Shown: positions 40,104-50,642, counted from the first letter of the stretch. The stretch is DNA of 64,000 bases from Longimicrobiales bacterium (GCA_965248195.1 CBDFIQ010000002.1:608001-672000), one strand, 5' to 3'. Notes: a model not told the origin generated them from the sequence alone. A program made the numbers and translations.

Positions 40104-41479
40104 GGTCAAGTCCCGATTTGTGTGTAAAAGCGGAGGAAGCTCCTCGCCTTCGGCTAGGCTGCTTGGGCGACCTCCTGTTTCTGGAGGAGTGAGAGGTCGA
40201 GGTAACGCCGGTCGCCCCAGACGTGTGTGGTCCTGAGTGCGACGGCCGTGATGAGCCTGAGGGCGCTGGCCCGGTCCGGGAAGGCGCCGGCGGCCTTGAT
40301 CCTGCGTTTGATCTCGCCGTGCAGCCGCTCGAGGCTGTTGGTGGTACGCAGCCGGGGCCAGTGCGCCTCGGGGAACGCGTAGAACTGCGTCGCTGCCCCG
40401 AAGCCCCGCTCCAGGACCTCCACGGCCTCGGGCAGCTCCTTCTTCCAGCGTGCGCCGAACTCGCCCAGGAGCTTCTTCGCCTCGGCGAGTCCGGATGTCT
40501 GGAAGATCACCGAGACCTCACGCGCCACGCGCTTGCGTAGGCGGTGGGGGACCCTCGCCCCCACATTACGCTGCAGATGGACCGTACACCTCTGACGGCG
40601 TGCCTCGGGCAGGAAGCGGCGGACCGCAGCTGCCAGGCCTGCGTGCTCATCGGCGATCACGAGCTCGACACCGCCGAGGCCGCGGTCCTGGAGTTGCTCG
40701 AGGAGCTCCGACCAGCTCTGCTGCGACTCCTCAGCGCCCAGCGTGACGGCCAGGAGCCGTCGGTGACCCTCAGGGCCCACTGCATACGCCACGAGCGCAC
40801 TCACGTTCTCGACTTTGCGGGCCCAGCGGGCGTCCAAGAACGTGGCGTCCAGGTACAGATAGGGGTGAGGCCCCTCGATCGGCGCACGGCGCAGCCCTTC
40901 CACGGCCTCGTCGAGCCGTTTTGCCACACGACTCACCGTCGAGCGCCCAACACGCTCGCCCATCAGCGCCTCGGTGACGTCGCCCATCTTGCGCTGTGAC
41001 ACGCCGCTCACATACGCCTCGACCATCATCTCGTCGAGCTCGGGGCTCCTGCGCTGGTAGCGGCCGATCACGTCGGCCGGCGAACCGTTGTCCCGGCTCC
41101 GGGGCATGGCGACCTCGATCTGCCCCAGGCTCGTCAGCAGCCGCCTCAGGTATGTGCCGTTCCTATGGTCCTTCCGGCTTCCCACCCGCTCGAAGCGGCG
41201 TGCACCTACCATGGCCTTCAGCTCCTCTTCCAGCACCATCTCGAGCGTCAGCCGGATCGCGCCTTGAAACAGCTCGCGCAAATCATCGCGTAGCTCGTCT
41301 TGCGTGGCCCGACCGATCTCCACAATCTCTTGCATCGGAAGCTCCTCTCCGGTTCCGAGCCTGCTCTGCAGACCCGGACTCCCGGGTTCATGTGACAGTG
41401 AACAACAACAGAGGAGCTTCCGTTTTTCTTTCCCTCCTGTCCAGCTTATCCGCTTTTACACAAATCTAGGGACACTACC
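40104..41479 (-). mobile_element. IS256 family element with a 9-bp TSD (atgtaaaaa)
   Basis: TIRs ggtcaagtcccgatttgtgtgtaaaagcgga and (reverse complement) ggtagtgtccctagatttgtgtaaaagcgga; TSD at 40095-40103 and 41480-41488. Confidence 0.95.
40154..41335 (-). CDS. IS256 family transposase
   Basis: RNGTY, YLDAT, IADEH, QRCTVH, RTTNSLERL. Confidence 0.97.
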   Translation of the reverse strand: MQEIVEIGRATQDELRDDLRELFQGAIRLTLEMVLEEELKAMVGARRFERVGSRKDHRNGTYLRRLLTSLGQIEVAMPRSRDNGSPADVIGRYQRRSPELDEMMVEAYVSGVSQRKMGDVTEALMGERVGRSTVSRVAKRLDEAVEGLRRAPIEGPHPYLYLDATFLDARWARKVENVSALVAYAVGPEGHRRLLAVTLGAEESQQSWSELLEQLQDRGLGGVELVIADEHAGLAAAVRRFLPEARRQRCTVHLQRNVGARVPHRLRKRVAREVSVIFQTSGLAEAKKLLGEFGARWKKELPEAVEVLERGFGAATQFYAFPEAHWPRLRTTNSLERLHGEIKRRIKAAGAFPDRASALRLITAVALRTTHVWGDRRYLDLSLLQKQEVAQAA

Positions 41480-41639
41480 ATGTAAAAATCCGAACACGAT
41501 TGATCATTCTAGGCTCCTCAGCGCCGCCCGCGGGAGTCGGACAGGTCGCAGGGCCGGTGTTCTACACTCGATCCAGGAGGGGAGTGCCAGGCTGGGTCGC
41601 CCATCGCCAGCCGGCCCCACGGCGCCCCAAAGTGCCCGA

Positions 41640-41717
41640 AACCATTGGCATAAGCACTACGACGTGCAGGTGCTCTACGGGCTGAGCGGGACGTGCGTCA
41701 TCGTCTACCGCGCGGGC
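41640..41717 (+). pseudogene. Internal fragment of a cupin gene paralogous to 43174-43542
   Basis: NHWHKHYDVQVLYGLSGTCVIVYRAG versus TNWHKHDDVQVLYGLSGTCVVVDREG. Confidence 0.85.
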
Positions 41718-41750
41718 GCATTTCGGAGTTGTTTCAGGCTTTTCGGAGTC

Positions 41751-42905
41751 TCATGGAAGCCACAGAACGGGATCCGGGTAGAATTGCGAGAACGCGAACC
41801 AGAACGACACATAGGCCTCGGCAATCTTGTCAAGGCTCTCACCCACAAACGGGCCGGAGAGCGCCTCCCCCGCAATGCTCCACTGACTCCCCGTCTCTAG
41901 ATCCACGAAGGCGCCGTCCCTTACCTCGAAGGTCAGTGCCTGGCCGGCGATCGTAGTCCCATACGCCATCGCCGCAGCCGCTTCGTTATCCCAGAACACG
42001 ATGATCGGCAGGCTGATGGCGCTGGCCTCATCGGCGCTGCCAGCGGTCGCGTGGATCGCCGCGAGGTCGCCGACGCTGCGGAGGGCGCCGAAGGGGAAGG
42101 CGATCCCGCCCCCATCCTTATACGGGATTCCTAGCACCCGCTCCTTCGGAGGTCTCCGATCATCGAACTCATCGAGGGGGGCTAGCGTGGCTATGTTGTC
42201 CTCCACTTCATAGTCCCCATACGGATAGAGTGTGTAGGCCCTCCCGCCCCGCCCCAACCCGGTTTCGCCGCTCACGACCCGGGAGTCCGGATGGAGCTCC
42301 ACCCAGTCGGCCCACTCGATCTCCAGAGACGGGTACATCTTCAGGCGATCACGCTCCGAGGGGCCGCAGTGCCCTACTGCCAGCATCTGGGGCCACAGGG
42401 TCTCCTCTATGTCCGGACCCGCGCGGTCGTACATCACCAGATTGTTCTTGAAGAGAAACCCAGATACGCCGAATTCGTCACCGTCTATGTTCTGGCGATG
42501 AAAGACCATGCTGGACCCGGTGAAGGGGCAGTAGGTGATCGCCAGGCCGAGCTCGTTCATATTCACGATCTCATGCCACCAGAGGACGTTATGCGGAAAG
42601 GCCAAGTACTCGCCGTCGATTTCGATCCCGATCACACGGTCGGTGGGGAGCAGGTAGTCGGTATCCCTATGATCCGGCGAGACAAAATTAGGGTTCGAAA
42701 GCGCAGGAATTGCGTCCCTCGGAAGCACCGAGGTGAGATCCATCTGAAGTTCTTCGCACAGCGCGGTGAGCGCGGCCTCTTCTCCTCCACCACCACCCCC
42801 GCCCCCAGACGGTCGCACCGCATCTGAGCACGCCGCTACGGCCACCGTGGCCAAAGCCATGCGGGAGCAGAGGAAGGAAACTCTCTCGGACCTTTTTTCC
42901 CCCAT
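41751..42905 (-). CDS. DUF3179 domain lipoprotein (paralog 2)
   Basis: VAAC lipobox; RDAIPAL, TYCPFT, FWFAF; start reassigned. Confidence 0.88.
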   Translation of the reverse strand: MGEKRSERVSFLCSRMALATVAVAACSDAVRPSGGGGGGGGEEAALTALCEELQMDLTSVLPRDAIPALSNPNFVSPDHRDTDYLLPTDRVIGIEIDGEYLAFPHNVLWWHEIVNMNELGLAITYCPFTGSSMVFHRQNIDGDEFGVSGFLFKNNLVMYDRAGPDIEETLWPQMLAVGHCGPSERDRLKMYPSLEIEWADWVELHPDSRVVSGETGLGRGGRAYTLYPYGDYEVEDNIATLAPLDEFDDRRPPKERVLGIPYKDGGGIAFPFGALRSVGDLAAIHATAGSADEASAISLPIIVFWDNEAAAAMAYGTTIAGQALTFEVRDGAFVDLETGSQWSIAGEALSGPFVGESLDKIAEAYVSFWFAFSQFYPDPVLWLP

Positions 42906-43173
42906 GTTTCGACCCCACTCAGCTGCCCAGACGACACGCTCCTTCAAGCCCTTCGCGCGGCGCGCGAATGCAGGAAGCGTCAATCTGTTGCCGAACCCAT
43001 ACCCCGCCCGAACAGTTCCCCCGCGCAACCAAACCCGTGCTGGCAGGTGATCTGGAGCCGGGTTCCCTTGCAGTTCCCGACACGACCCGACATCGTCGCG
43101 GTGCGCGGGGCCGCTGCCGTGTGGCTCCGTGACGCTCGAGCGGTCTACCTCTTCCCCTACACGACGACCGAAA

Positions 43174-43542
43174 ATGAGAGCCATTGACCACGCCAGCCTG
43201 CCCCACGGCGCCGCAGACGAGGACCACTTCGTACGCCCCGCCCTGATGCAGCCCCTACTTGGCCGCGCCGACGGGCTGCCGGTACGGGTGTACCGCGTCA
43301 CCTTTGGTGAGGGTGGCCGGACCAACTGGCACAAACACGACGACGTTCAGGTGCTCTACGGGCTGAGCGGTACCTGCGTCGTTGTCGACCGCGAGGGCAA
43401 CGAGCTTCGGCTCCACACGGGGGACGTGGTCGTGATCGACCCGGACGAAGAGCACTGGCACGGTGCGGCCCCGGGAAAGGCGGGCGAACACCTCGCGATC
43501 AACGCGGGGGAGGAAACGACTTGGCTGGAGTCCTCGGCTTAG
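43174..43542 (+). CDS. Cupin domain protein
   Basis: RTNWHKH...Q, GDVVVI, EEHWHGA. Confidence 0.9.
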   Translation: MRAIDHASLPHGAADEDHFVRPALMQPLLGRADGLPVRVYRVTFGEGGRTNWHKHDDVQVLYGLSGTCVVVDREGNELRLHTGDVVVIDPDEEHWHGAAPGKAGEHLAINAGEETTWLESSA

Positions 43543-43617
43543 TCGACCCTAGCCGCGGGTAAGCTCCGCGCCAAACGCGCCGTCAGCCACCATCTGCGGA
43601 CGCGGAACCCGGGGGCC

Positions 43618-44607
43618 TCAGGCGTCGCGCACGGCCCTCTTCACGAGGTTCTCCATGAGCGGCACCTTGAAGTGGTTGTACCGCAAGGGCTCCGCTCCGG
43701 CTACGGCTTCTGCGCCCGCCATGGCAGCGGTCTCCTCGTTCTGGACGCGGCCTCTCACGAGGTCCTCGACGTCCGTCAGGCGCCGAGGGATGCACTCGAC
43801 GGCACCCACGACGATGCGGGCGTCGGCGATTCGGCCTCCCTCGAGCCGGAGCGCAGCGGCTACGTTCACGAGCGGGAAGTCCCAGGCACCCCGGTCCGCC
43901 ACCTTCTCGAAGTAGAAGTTGGCTCCGGCCCAGGTGTTGGGAATACGGATGGTCGTCAGCAGATCCTCGGGCTCGAGGACCGTCATGCGTTGGATGTCGA
44001 CGGCGGGTGTCATGAAGAAGTCCTCCGCAGACACCACCCGCTCTCCGCGGGAGTTGCGAATCACCATCTCCGCTTCGAGCGCCACCAGCGCGGGTCCGGG
44101 ATCGGACGGAGTTACGGCCACGCACCGGTTGGCTCCGAAGATGGCATGCTCCCGATTCATGGCCTCCGGGGCGCTCGCGTAGCACGTGTTGCCACCGGCC
44201 CTGTAGCATGCCAGCCCGAAGCGGTAATACCAGCATCGGGTGTCCTGTAGCACGTTGCCGCCCAGGGTGCCCGAGTTACGGATCTGGGGGCTCGCGACCA
44301 TGAGAGCCGCCTCCGCGAGCAACCCGAACCTCTCCTGGATGACCGGATGGCGCTCAATTTCGGTGAGGGTAGTCATCGCTCCGAGCTCGATTCCTTCAGC
44401 GGTCTCACGGACCCCATGAAGCTCGGCGATCCCAGCGAGGTCGATCACGGCCGTAGGCTGTTTCCCCCGATCCTTGAACCAGCCCAGGCTGTCGTGCCCC
44501 CCGGCGATGGTCCAGCACTCCTCCCCATAACGATCCAGGAGATCGAACGCATTGTCCACATCTACGGGTTGAAAAAGCTCGAAGTGCGACATCATGTCGT
44601 TCAGCAT
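43618..44607 (-). CDS. Xanthine dehydrogenase family FAD subunit (PaoB-like, with Fe-S Cys insert)
   Basis: IAGGHD, ASPQIRNSGTLGGN, RCWYYR..CYRAGGNTC. Confidence 0.93.
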   Translation of the reverse strand: MLNDMMSHFELFQPVDVDNAFDLLDRYGEECWTIAGGHDSLGWFKDRGKQPTAVIDLAGIAELHGVRETAEGIELGAMTTLTEIERHPVIQERFGLLAEAALMVASPQIRNSGTLGGNVLQDTRCWYYRFGLACYRAGGNTCYASAPEAMNREHAIFGANRCVAVTPSDPGPALVALEAEMVIRNSRGERVVSAEDFFMTPAVDIQRMTVLEPEDLLTTIRIPNTWAGANFYFEKVADRGAWDFPLVNVAAALRLEGGRIADARIVVGAVECIPRRLTDVEDLVRGRVQNEETAAMAGAEAVAGAEPLRYNHFKVPLMENLVKRAVRDA

Positions 44608-44697
44608 GCGTGGCTCTCCTTCAACATGCGGGTGCCTGTCATTGGGCGCCTGTCATTGGGTGCCTGTCAGCGGGTTCTCACTCATGGGGCTGCTCCC

Positions 44698-47124
44698 TCA
44701 CGCCGTGTTAACCTGTAGCGGGCTGTGAGATTGTGCCTGCCCCGAGGCGGCATTCACGATCATGTCCGGCACGATCGGTGCTCGATTGAAGTAGTGGCCG
44801 TCCATGGCGTCGGAGATCGCGCACAACAGCGCGGCCGCCGCACATCCCATGGTCGGCTCACCGATTCCCTTCGACCCGACCGGGCTCTGGGGATCGGCTA
44901 TGTCCACTGCGTTCCACTGCATCTCGAGTGGAACGTCCAGATACGTCGGGGGCTTGATCTGGTGAAAGCCGACCGTGCCCGGCAGACCGTAATGTGTGTC
45001 GTAGATATGGCGCTCGAGGGCTGCCATGCCGAAACCCATCACGGCGCCGCCTTTGATCTGCGCCGACAGTCCCATGGGATGCATCACCGTTCCGCAGTCC
45101 GCGACGCCCAGGTAGTCGATGATCTCGAACTGGCCGGTCTCGACGTCCAACTCGATCTCGATGAACCCGGCCGCCAGGGCGGGAACGGTGCCGTTTTTCG
45201 GGATATTGTCCCGCGCCACCCCGATCAAGCCCGTACCGGCGATCACCTCCACGGCGCTCGCGGTCATCGGGTTGATGTCGTCGGGCACCTCCTCACCGCT
45301 GAAGCGTCCCCCGAGTTGCACAGCCCTCTGAGCCGCAGCCGCGTACGTAAGGCGCCGCGACGGATTTGCGCTCGCGAAGACGGATTCATTACCGATATCG
45401 TAGTCCCCGGGCGAGCCTCCGAGGTCGCGCGCCGCGAGCTCTTTGAGCTTCTGGACGGCGTCCATGGCCGAGGCGTAATTGGCGCGGGTCTCCGTGAAGG
45501 ATGTGTTGCTCCCGAACTGACCTAGAGTCCAGGGGAGACCGCTGCTGGAGTTACCGCGGACGATCTCGACGTTCTCCCAGTCGTAACCGAGCACCTCCGC
45601 CGCGACCCGGGACGTGCTGGCGTACGAGTACGTACCCAGATTTCCCGCGCCGGTGTGGACGTGCAACTTTCCGTCCGGTGCGATGCGCAAGAGCCCGTCG
45701 AATCCGTTATTCCCGGCGGCGTGGAACGCTTGCCCGACCGCGACACCCGTGACCTTGGAGCCACGACGCTGCCCACTGCGGGCGCGCCTGGCCTCCCAGC
45801 CGAACTGCTCAGCCCCAATGTCGAGCGCCTCGCGTTGATAAGCGCTGGTGACCGGACCCTGGCTGGCACCATACCCGGCACTGTTGTCCGGGGCATTGAT
45901 TCGGCGAATGGCTACGAGGTCGAGACCCAGCTGGCGGGCTGCCTTGTCGAGAATCGGTTCGACAGCGCAGGCCAGTTGGTTCTGCCCTGGCCCCCTCTGG
46001 GCCCCCGTGGGCGGTGTGTTGGTCAGGACGGGAACCCCTCGGAAGCGCATCGCGGGCGGCGTGTAGACGATGGACATCGCGCCTCCGGCGGAGTTGTAGT
46101 CACCCCCACCGGAGTTGGGTCCGTTGTTCTGGACGATGTACAGGTCGGCTGCCGTGATCCGCCCGTCAGCCCGGAACCCGATCTTGAGCCGGCCCTGGAA
46201 AGCGGGTCGGCAGGAGCCGATAAAGTTCTCCTCCGCTCGGCTGATGCGCATGAGCACGGGCCGGCCGGTCTTCCTCGCCATGTAGGCCGGAATCCCCATC
46301 ACGGGGTAGGCGCCCCCCTTCGACCCGAACCCACCACCACAGAACTCCGCGACGTAGACGAGGTCCTCCGGCTCGATCTCGAGGAGGGCGGCCAGCCCCG
46401 GAACCACGTAGGCCTGGCTCTGGGTCGAGCCGTACACGTAGCACTTCCCGTTCTGCCAGTACGCCATGGCGGTGCGTGGCTCCATGGAGTTATGCGACGT
46501 GCCCGCGGTGATGAAGGACTCGTCGAGCACGAGCGCGGCGTTCGCGAAGCCCGCCTCGACGTCGCCGTACGACCAGTCCGTCATGGGCCGGCCCATGGGC
46601 ATCTGGCCCTCACCTGCGGCCGCGAAGTCTTCTGCGGTCCACTTGATCTCCCCCACGCCCTCGTTCGTGTCGACCTCCGCCACGGTCTCGCGCCCCTGCG
46701 GCATATTTCCCGTTGTCCTGGCGTTCGGGCCGTCCGGACGCAGGCTCTCGAGCGGATCCACGCAGAACGGAAGCGGCTCCAGATCCACGTTGATGGCCGC
46801 GATGGCGTTCTGGGCCGTGGTCTCGTCGACCGCCGCCACCGCGAGGATCGGCGCGCCTACGTAGAGCGGCTCGTTCGTGAGGATGGTATTACCCGGCGCG
46901 GCCACGTCGGGCAGCTCGTCGGCGGTCAGAATCGCGACGACGCCCTCCATGTTGAGCGCCTCGGACGCGTCGATGTTCCGGACGCGCGCGTGCGGCATGG
47001 GGCTCGTCAGAAGCCGGCAGAACAACATACCGTCCGCGCGGAAATCTTCGGCATATTTCGCTCGCCCGGTCACCTTCGCGTGAACATCCGGTGGCGTGAA
47101 GTCTCGACCTAACAGGTGTGCCAT
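44698..47124 (-). CDS. Xanthine dehydrogenase family molybdopterin subunit
   Basis: KVTGRAKY, GGGFGSK, QRGPG, KGIGEP. Confidence 0.95.
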   Translation of the reverse strand: MAHLLGRDFTPPDVHAKVTGRAKYAEDFRADGMLFCRLLTSPMPHARVRNIDASEALNMEGVVAILTADELPDVAAPGNTILTNEPLYVGAPILAVAAVDETTAQNAIAAINVDLEPLPFCVDPLESLRPDGPNARTTGNMPQGRETVAEVDTNEGVGEIKWTAEDFAAAGEGQMPMGRPMTDWSYGDVEAGFANAALVLDESFITAGTSHNSMEPRTAMAYWQNGKCYVYGSTQSQAYVVPGLAALLEIEPEDLVYVAEFCGGGFGSKGGAYPVMGIPAYMARKTGRPVLMRISRAEENFIGSCRPAFQGRLKIGFRADGRITAADLYIVQNNGPNSGGGDYNSAGGAMSIVYTPPAMRFRGVPVLTNTPPTGAQRGPGQNQLACAVEPILDKAARQLGLDLVAIRRINAPDNSAGYGASQGPVTSAYQREALDIGAEQFGWEARRARSGQRRGSKVTGVAVGQAFHAAGNNGFDGLLRIAPDGKLHVHTGAGNLGTYSYASTSRVAAEVLGYDWENVEIVRGNSSSGLPWTLGQFGSNTSFTETRANYASAMDAVQKLKELAARDLGGSPGDYDIGNESVFASANPSRRLTYAAAAQRAVQLGGRFSGEEVPDDINPMTASAVEVIAGTGLIGVARDNIPKNGTVPALAAGFIEIELDVETGQFEIIDYLGVADCGTVMHPMGLSAQIKGGAVMGFGMAALERHIYDTHYGLPGTVGFHQIKPPTYLDVPLEMQWNAVDIADPQSPVGSKGIGEPTMGCAAAALLCAISDAMDGHYFNRAPIVPDMIVNAASGQAQSHSPLQVNTA

Positions 47125-47125
47125 C

Positions 47126-47848
47126 TCACACCTCCCCTGCTGCGCGCATGATTCCATTGAGATAGTGGTCGTAGGCGCCGCACCGGCAGACATTTCCCGA
47201 CATCGCCTGGCGCGCCTCCTCCCGGGTCGGATTCGGGTTGGCCGTCAGAAGACCCACGGCCGCCATCACCTGGCCCGGCGTGCAAAAGCCGCACTGGGGT
47301 CCCAACTCGTCCATGAATCCCTGTTGGACGGGGTGGAGCTCCCCGGTGGGACTCTCCAATCCCTCCACCGTCGTGATCTCCTTCCCGCGAACGCGCTGCG
47401 TCAGCGTGGAGCACGAGTAGTGCGTCACGTCGTCGATCAACACCGTGCAGGCCCCGCACTCCGCGCGGTCACAGCCGAGCTTTGTGCCCGTGAGCCCGAG
47501 CTTGTAGCGCAGGGTCATCGCGAGCGTCTCGTTGGGAAGCACATCGACGCGGCGGGTCTGTCCGTTGACGTTCAACGAGATCAGGCGCTCTACCGCACCG
47601 GCCTGAAGAGTCGGCCTGGAAGCGGCGGAGGCCAAGTATGGCACTCCCGATACTGCCACCCCCGAGGCGATGACGCCCTTGATGAAGTTTCTCCGGGACC
47701 AATGCGCGCGGCCCTCGAGCCACTCGAACGGCGCACCGTCGAGGGAGGGGTCAGCGCACGTCGGGATCTCCGACTCCGCGGGGTGGAGGGGGGATGGGCT
47801 CGCACTCGATCCTGCGAGACCGACGTCGAAGGGGTTCCTTTCGGACAT
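47126..47848 (-). CDS. Xanthine dehydrogenase family 2Fe-2S subunit with a Tat signal
   Basis: SRRNFIK; GCDRAECGACT; QCGFCTPG; CRCG. Confidence 0.95.
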   Translation of the reverse strand: MSERNPFDVGLAGSSASPSPLHPAESEIPTCADPSLDGAPFEWLEGRAHWSRRNFIKGVIASGVAVSGVPYLASAASRPTLQAGAVERLISLNVNGQTRRVDVLPNETLAMTLRYKLGLTGTKLGCDRAECGACTVLIDDVTHYSCSTLTQRVRGKEITTVEGLESPTGELHPVQQGFMDELGPQCGFCTPGQVMAAVGLLTANPNPTREEARQAMSGNVCRCGAYDHYLNGIMRAAGEV

Positions 47849-47999
47849 GGGCACCGCTCCCTGCTGAGGCTCAGGTGTTCATTGTATGGCGAATCGGCAT
47901 GGGAGACAACCTTTTTGCGCGATGCTCCGCCATCTTTCGCGATGTCCCGCACCTAGTGGGATGATGCGGTCCTCTCCCCGCCAACCCGCCAGTCCGGTC

Positions 48000-48527
48000 C
48001 TAATGCCCTACCTCGATCTGGAGTGGGATGATCGTGTTACCCCAGTGGAAGCGTAGCGTCGCCTCCTCGGGCCCGACCACCGGAAAATAGTAAGCCAGGA
48101 CCTCCATGTGTGATCCGGCCTCCGGCTCAACCATCGTCCGAAAGACCTCGGCCCCAAATGGAAACAAACCGTGATCCGTGTCCCAGTCGCGGACGACAAT
48201 GATCTCCCAAGGCCTGTTCTCCTTTGGCACCATCCAAATCGCGTAACGTCCTGCTTGGAGAGCGTGACCCTCGACGGTCACAGGCTTGGAAAAGTCGATC
48301 CAGGTCGCCCGGTTCGCTCCTGGCGTCCAGATCGCGTCCCATTCTACCAGAGCCCCGAAGAGTTCACGCCCCCGCGCCACGGGACGATCGTACTCCATCG
48401 TGATCACCGTCGTGTAGACGGTTTGGGCGACGACGGCGTGTTGGCTCGCTTGCTGCGAGGAAGCGGGAAGGGAGCCCACCGCCGCCGCAAAGGTTACTAT
48501 GGTGGCAATCATGAGCAGTCGTCGCAT
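48000..48527 (-). CDS. DUF2911 domain protein
   Basis: Signal peptide; YDRPVARGRELFGALV, WTPGANRAT. Confidence 0.85.
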   Translation of the reverse strand: MRRLLMIATIVTFAAAVGSLPASSQQASQHAVVAQTVYTTVITMEYDRPVARGRELFGALVEWDAIWTPGANRATWIDFSKPVTVEGHALQAGRYAIWMVPKENRPWEIIVVRDWDTDHGLFPFGAEVFRTMVEPEAGSHMEVLAYYFPVVGPEEATLRFHWGNTIIPLQIEVGH

Positions 48528-48794
48528 GTCGGCGTCTCCAATCCAGCGTCGCTGGGAATCGTTGATAGGCGGAACCCGTTCGACCGGGCGGGCGTTCCAA
48601 TGTAAGGCCGCTCGAGGGAGCGGGCATCAGGTGTTGCGATCGAGGCGCGTCCTCGGCAGGTTGGCCGGCAGGATCACCGGAGGAGGGGGGGACGATGAGG
48701 ACCGTTGGGGGAGCAGGGGAGGGACGATGAGAGCCATTGGGGCTGCGGCCGCACAATTCGCCTTCGACCTGATCGAGCGCTCCCTGCCTACAGG

Positions 48795-49739
48795 CTGACT
48801 GCTCCACGCCCCACCCACCCATCCCCATTGACGGTGGTAATCGCCTTCGCGGCGATTTATCTCATCTGGGGCTCCACCTACCTGGCGATTCGATTTGCCA
48901 TCGAAACGCTTCCCCCATTTGCGATGGCGGCGTTTCGTTTCACCGTAGCCGGCGGAATTCTCTACGCCATCGCTCGACCGCGCACGGAGCGGCCCACGAG
49001 GCTCAACTGGTTCTCGGCGGGGGTCGTGGGCACACTCTTGCTCGCAGGAGGCAACGGTGGCGTGGTATGGGCCGAACAGTGGGTCCCGTCCGGGCTCGCC
49101 GCACTGATTATCGCCACCGTTCCGCTTTGGATGGTTCTGTTCGATTGGCTGTTTGCGGGCGGCCCCCGCCCAAGCAAGGCGCTAATGGCTGGTCTGGTCT
49201 GGGGCCTGTGCGGGGTGGGGCTGCTGATGAGCTCGACCGAGGTCGGCGCCCAGAGCCGTGAGGGATTGCTGGGAGGTCTCGTAGTGCTGGGCGCTTCCGT
49301 CTCGTGGGCGGCTGGCTCGATCTACGCGAGGAAGGCGCCGCTTCCGCGGTCCCCGTTCCTCGCGACAGCGATGCAGATGATCATGGGTGGTCTCGTACTG
49401 GCGCTCGTGGCGGCGATCGCCGGAGAGGGCGGACAACTCCATCTTTCTGCGTTCTCGATGAAGTCCATGTTGGCGCTCGCCTATCTGATCGTGTTTGGTG
49501 CACTGATCGCCTTCACGGCGTACATCTGGCTCCTCGGCGTGAGCACGCCGGCTCGCGTCTCCACCTACGCGTATGTAAATCCTGCGGTAGCCGTTCTCCT
49601 CGGTTGGGGGCTGGCCAATGAGCGACTCGACGTGAGGGCCGCACTGGCCGTCCTCATTATTCTATCCGCCGTCGCGCTGGTCTCGGTAAGGGGTGGGGAT
49701 ACGAGGCGTTCCAGTGTCCTGAGGCAGAAGGCTAGCTGA
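48795..49739 (+). CDS. EamA/DMT family transporter (YedA-like); start uncertain
   Basis: IYLIWGSTYLAIR, YAYVNPAVAV. Confidence 0.9.
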   Translation: MTAPRPTHPSPLTVVIAFAAIYLIWGSTYLAIRFAIETLPPFAMAAFRFTVAGGILYAIARPRTERPTRLNWFSAGVVGTLLLAGGNGGVVWAEQWVPSGLAALIIATVPLWMVLFDWLFAGGPRPSKALMAGLVWGLCGVGLLMSSTEVGAQSREGLLGGLVVLGASVSWAAGSIYARKAPLPRSPFLATAMQMIMGGLVLALVAAIAGEGGQLHLSAFSMKSMLALAYLIVFGALIAFTAYIWLLGVSTPARVSTYAYVNPAVAVLLGWGLANERLDVRAALAVLIILSAVALVSVRGGDTRRSSVLRQKAS

Positions 49740-49775
49740 CCACCTCCTTAGACTCTTCACCCGGTTCCTTCGACT

Positions 49776-50642
49776 CTATTCATCCGGCTTCGACGCCTCG
49801 TCCTGCCCTTCGTCCGAATCTGGCTCCTCGTAGGGCGCGTAGGTCCCGAACATGCGCATCTCGTCGGAGGCTTGGTCGAGCGCCTCCAGGCACTCCTGCA
49901 GAGCCTCGATTTCGGGCGCCACGATCTCCATATAGAACCGGTATTTCCAGGGCTCGCCACGGATAGGACGAGCCACGATTTGGCTCATGTCTACACTGTA
50001 GCCGCTGAAGACACCGAGGAGGTTATGCAGGGCCCCGGGCTCATTGGGGATGCCCACGGCCACGGCAGCGCACACCCCCCGGGAATCGGGAACCACACCC
50101 GGGGCGGCCAGCTCGAAGAACCGCGTGTAATTACGATGGTCGTCTTCGACGTCGGTCTGGAGCAAGTGGGCCCCGTAAAGCTCGGCCGCGAGTCGGGAGC
50201 TGATGGCGGCGTCATATGCAACCGAGCCCGCCATCATGTCGCTCACGCTTCCAGCCGTATCGTAGACCACGACGGGCTCGATCTGCGGGTTCTGCTCCAG
50301 CAAATTTCGGCACTGCTGCAGGGCGACGGGGTGGGAAGCCACGGACCGGACATCCTCGAAGGCCACACCCGCTGGCGCCGAAACGCAGAGGCGGATGCGA
50401 ACACGCGTCTCTCCCCGAACCGTCAGGCGGGACGACCATAACAGGTCGAGGCTCTCGACCACCGGGCCCGCCAGGGCGTTCTCGACCGGTATCACCGCAC
50501 GGTCCGCCTCACCGCTGGAGACCGCGTGAAAGGCTTCGGAGAACGTCCTGCATGGTACCAACTGGATGTCGCGCCCTAGCAACCTTTGCGCTGCTTCGTG
50601 GCTGAACGCACCGGCTTCGCCCTGTATGGCGACCTTGGTCAT
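49776..50642 (-). CDS. pheA: Prephenate dehydratase with an ACT domain
   Basis: VAIQGEAGAFSH, PVEN, SHPVALQQC, NYTRF. Confidence 0.92.
   Translation of the reverse strand: MTKVAIQGEAGAFSHEAAQRLLGRDIQLVPCRTFSEAFHAVSSGEADRAVIPVENALAGPVVESLDLLWSSRLTVRGETRVRIRLCVSAPAGVAFEDVRSVASHPVALQQCRNLLEQNPQIEPVVVYDTAGSVSDMMAGSVAYDAAISSRLAAELYGAHLLQTDVEDDHRNYTRFFELAAPGVVPDSRGVCAAVAVGIPNEPGALHNLLGVFSGYSVDMSQIVARPIRGEPWKYRFYMEIVAPEIEALQECLEALDQASDEMRMFGTYAPYEEPDSDEGQDEASKPDE

Larger units (their letters stand above)
39658..41507 (-). pseudogene. Cytochrome c-like lipoprotein gene interrupted by IS256 in its signal peptide
   Basis: Removing the IS and one TSD restores MINRVRIFTLLVAGTALTSC..., with RBS gaggag. 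The body has CTASNCH (CX4CH) and RMP...WINNGA. Confidence 0.85.

Noticed and set aside
38315..42905. Selenocysteine in the DUF3179 paralogs
   Set aside because: Both motifs use Cys codons; there is no in-frame TGA.
48630..48798. Small ORF whose TGA overlaps a possible CTG start of the EamA gene
   Set aside because: No recognisable motif and weak start evidence; it cannot be supported without homologs.
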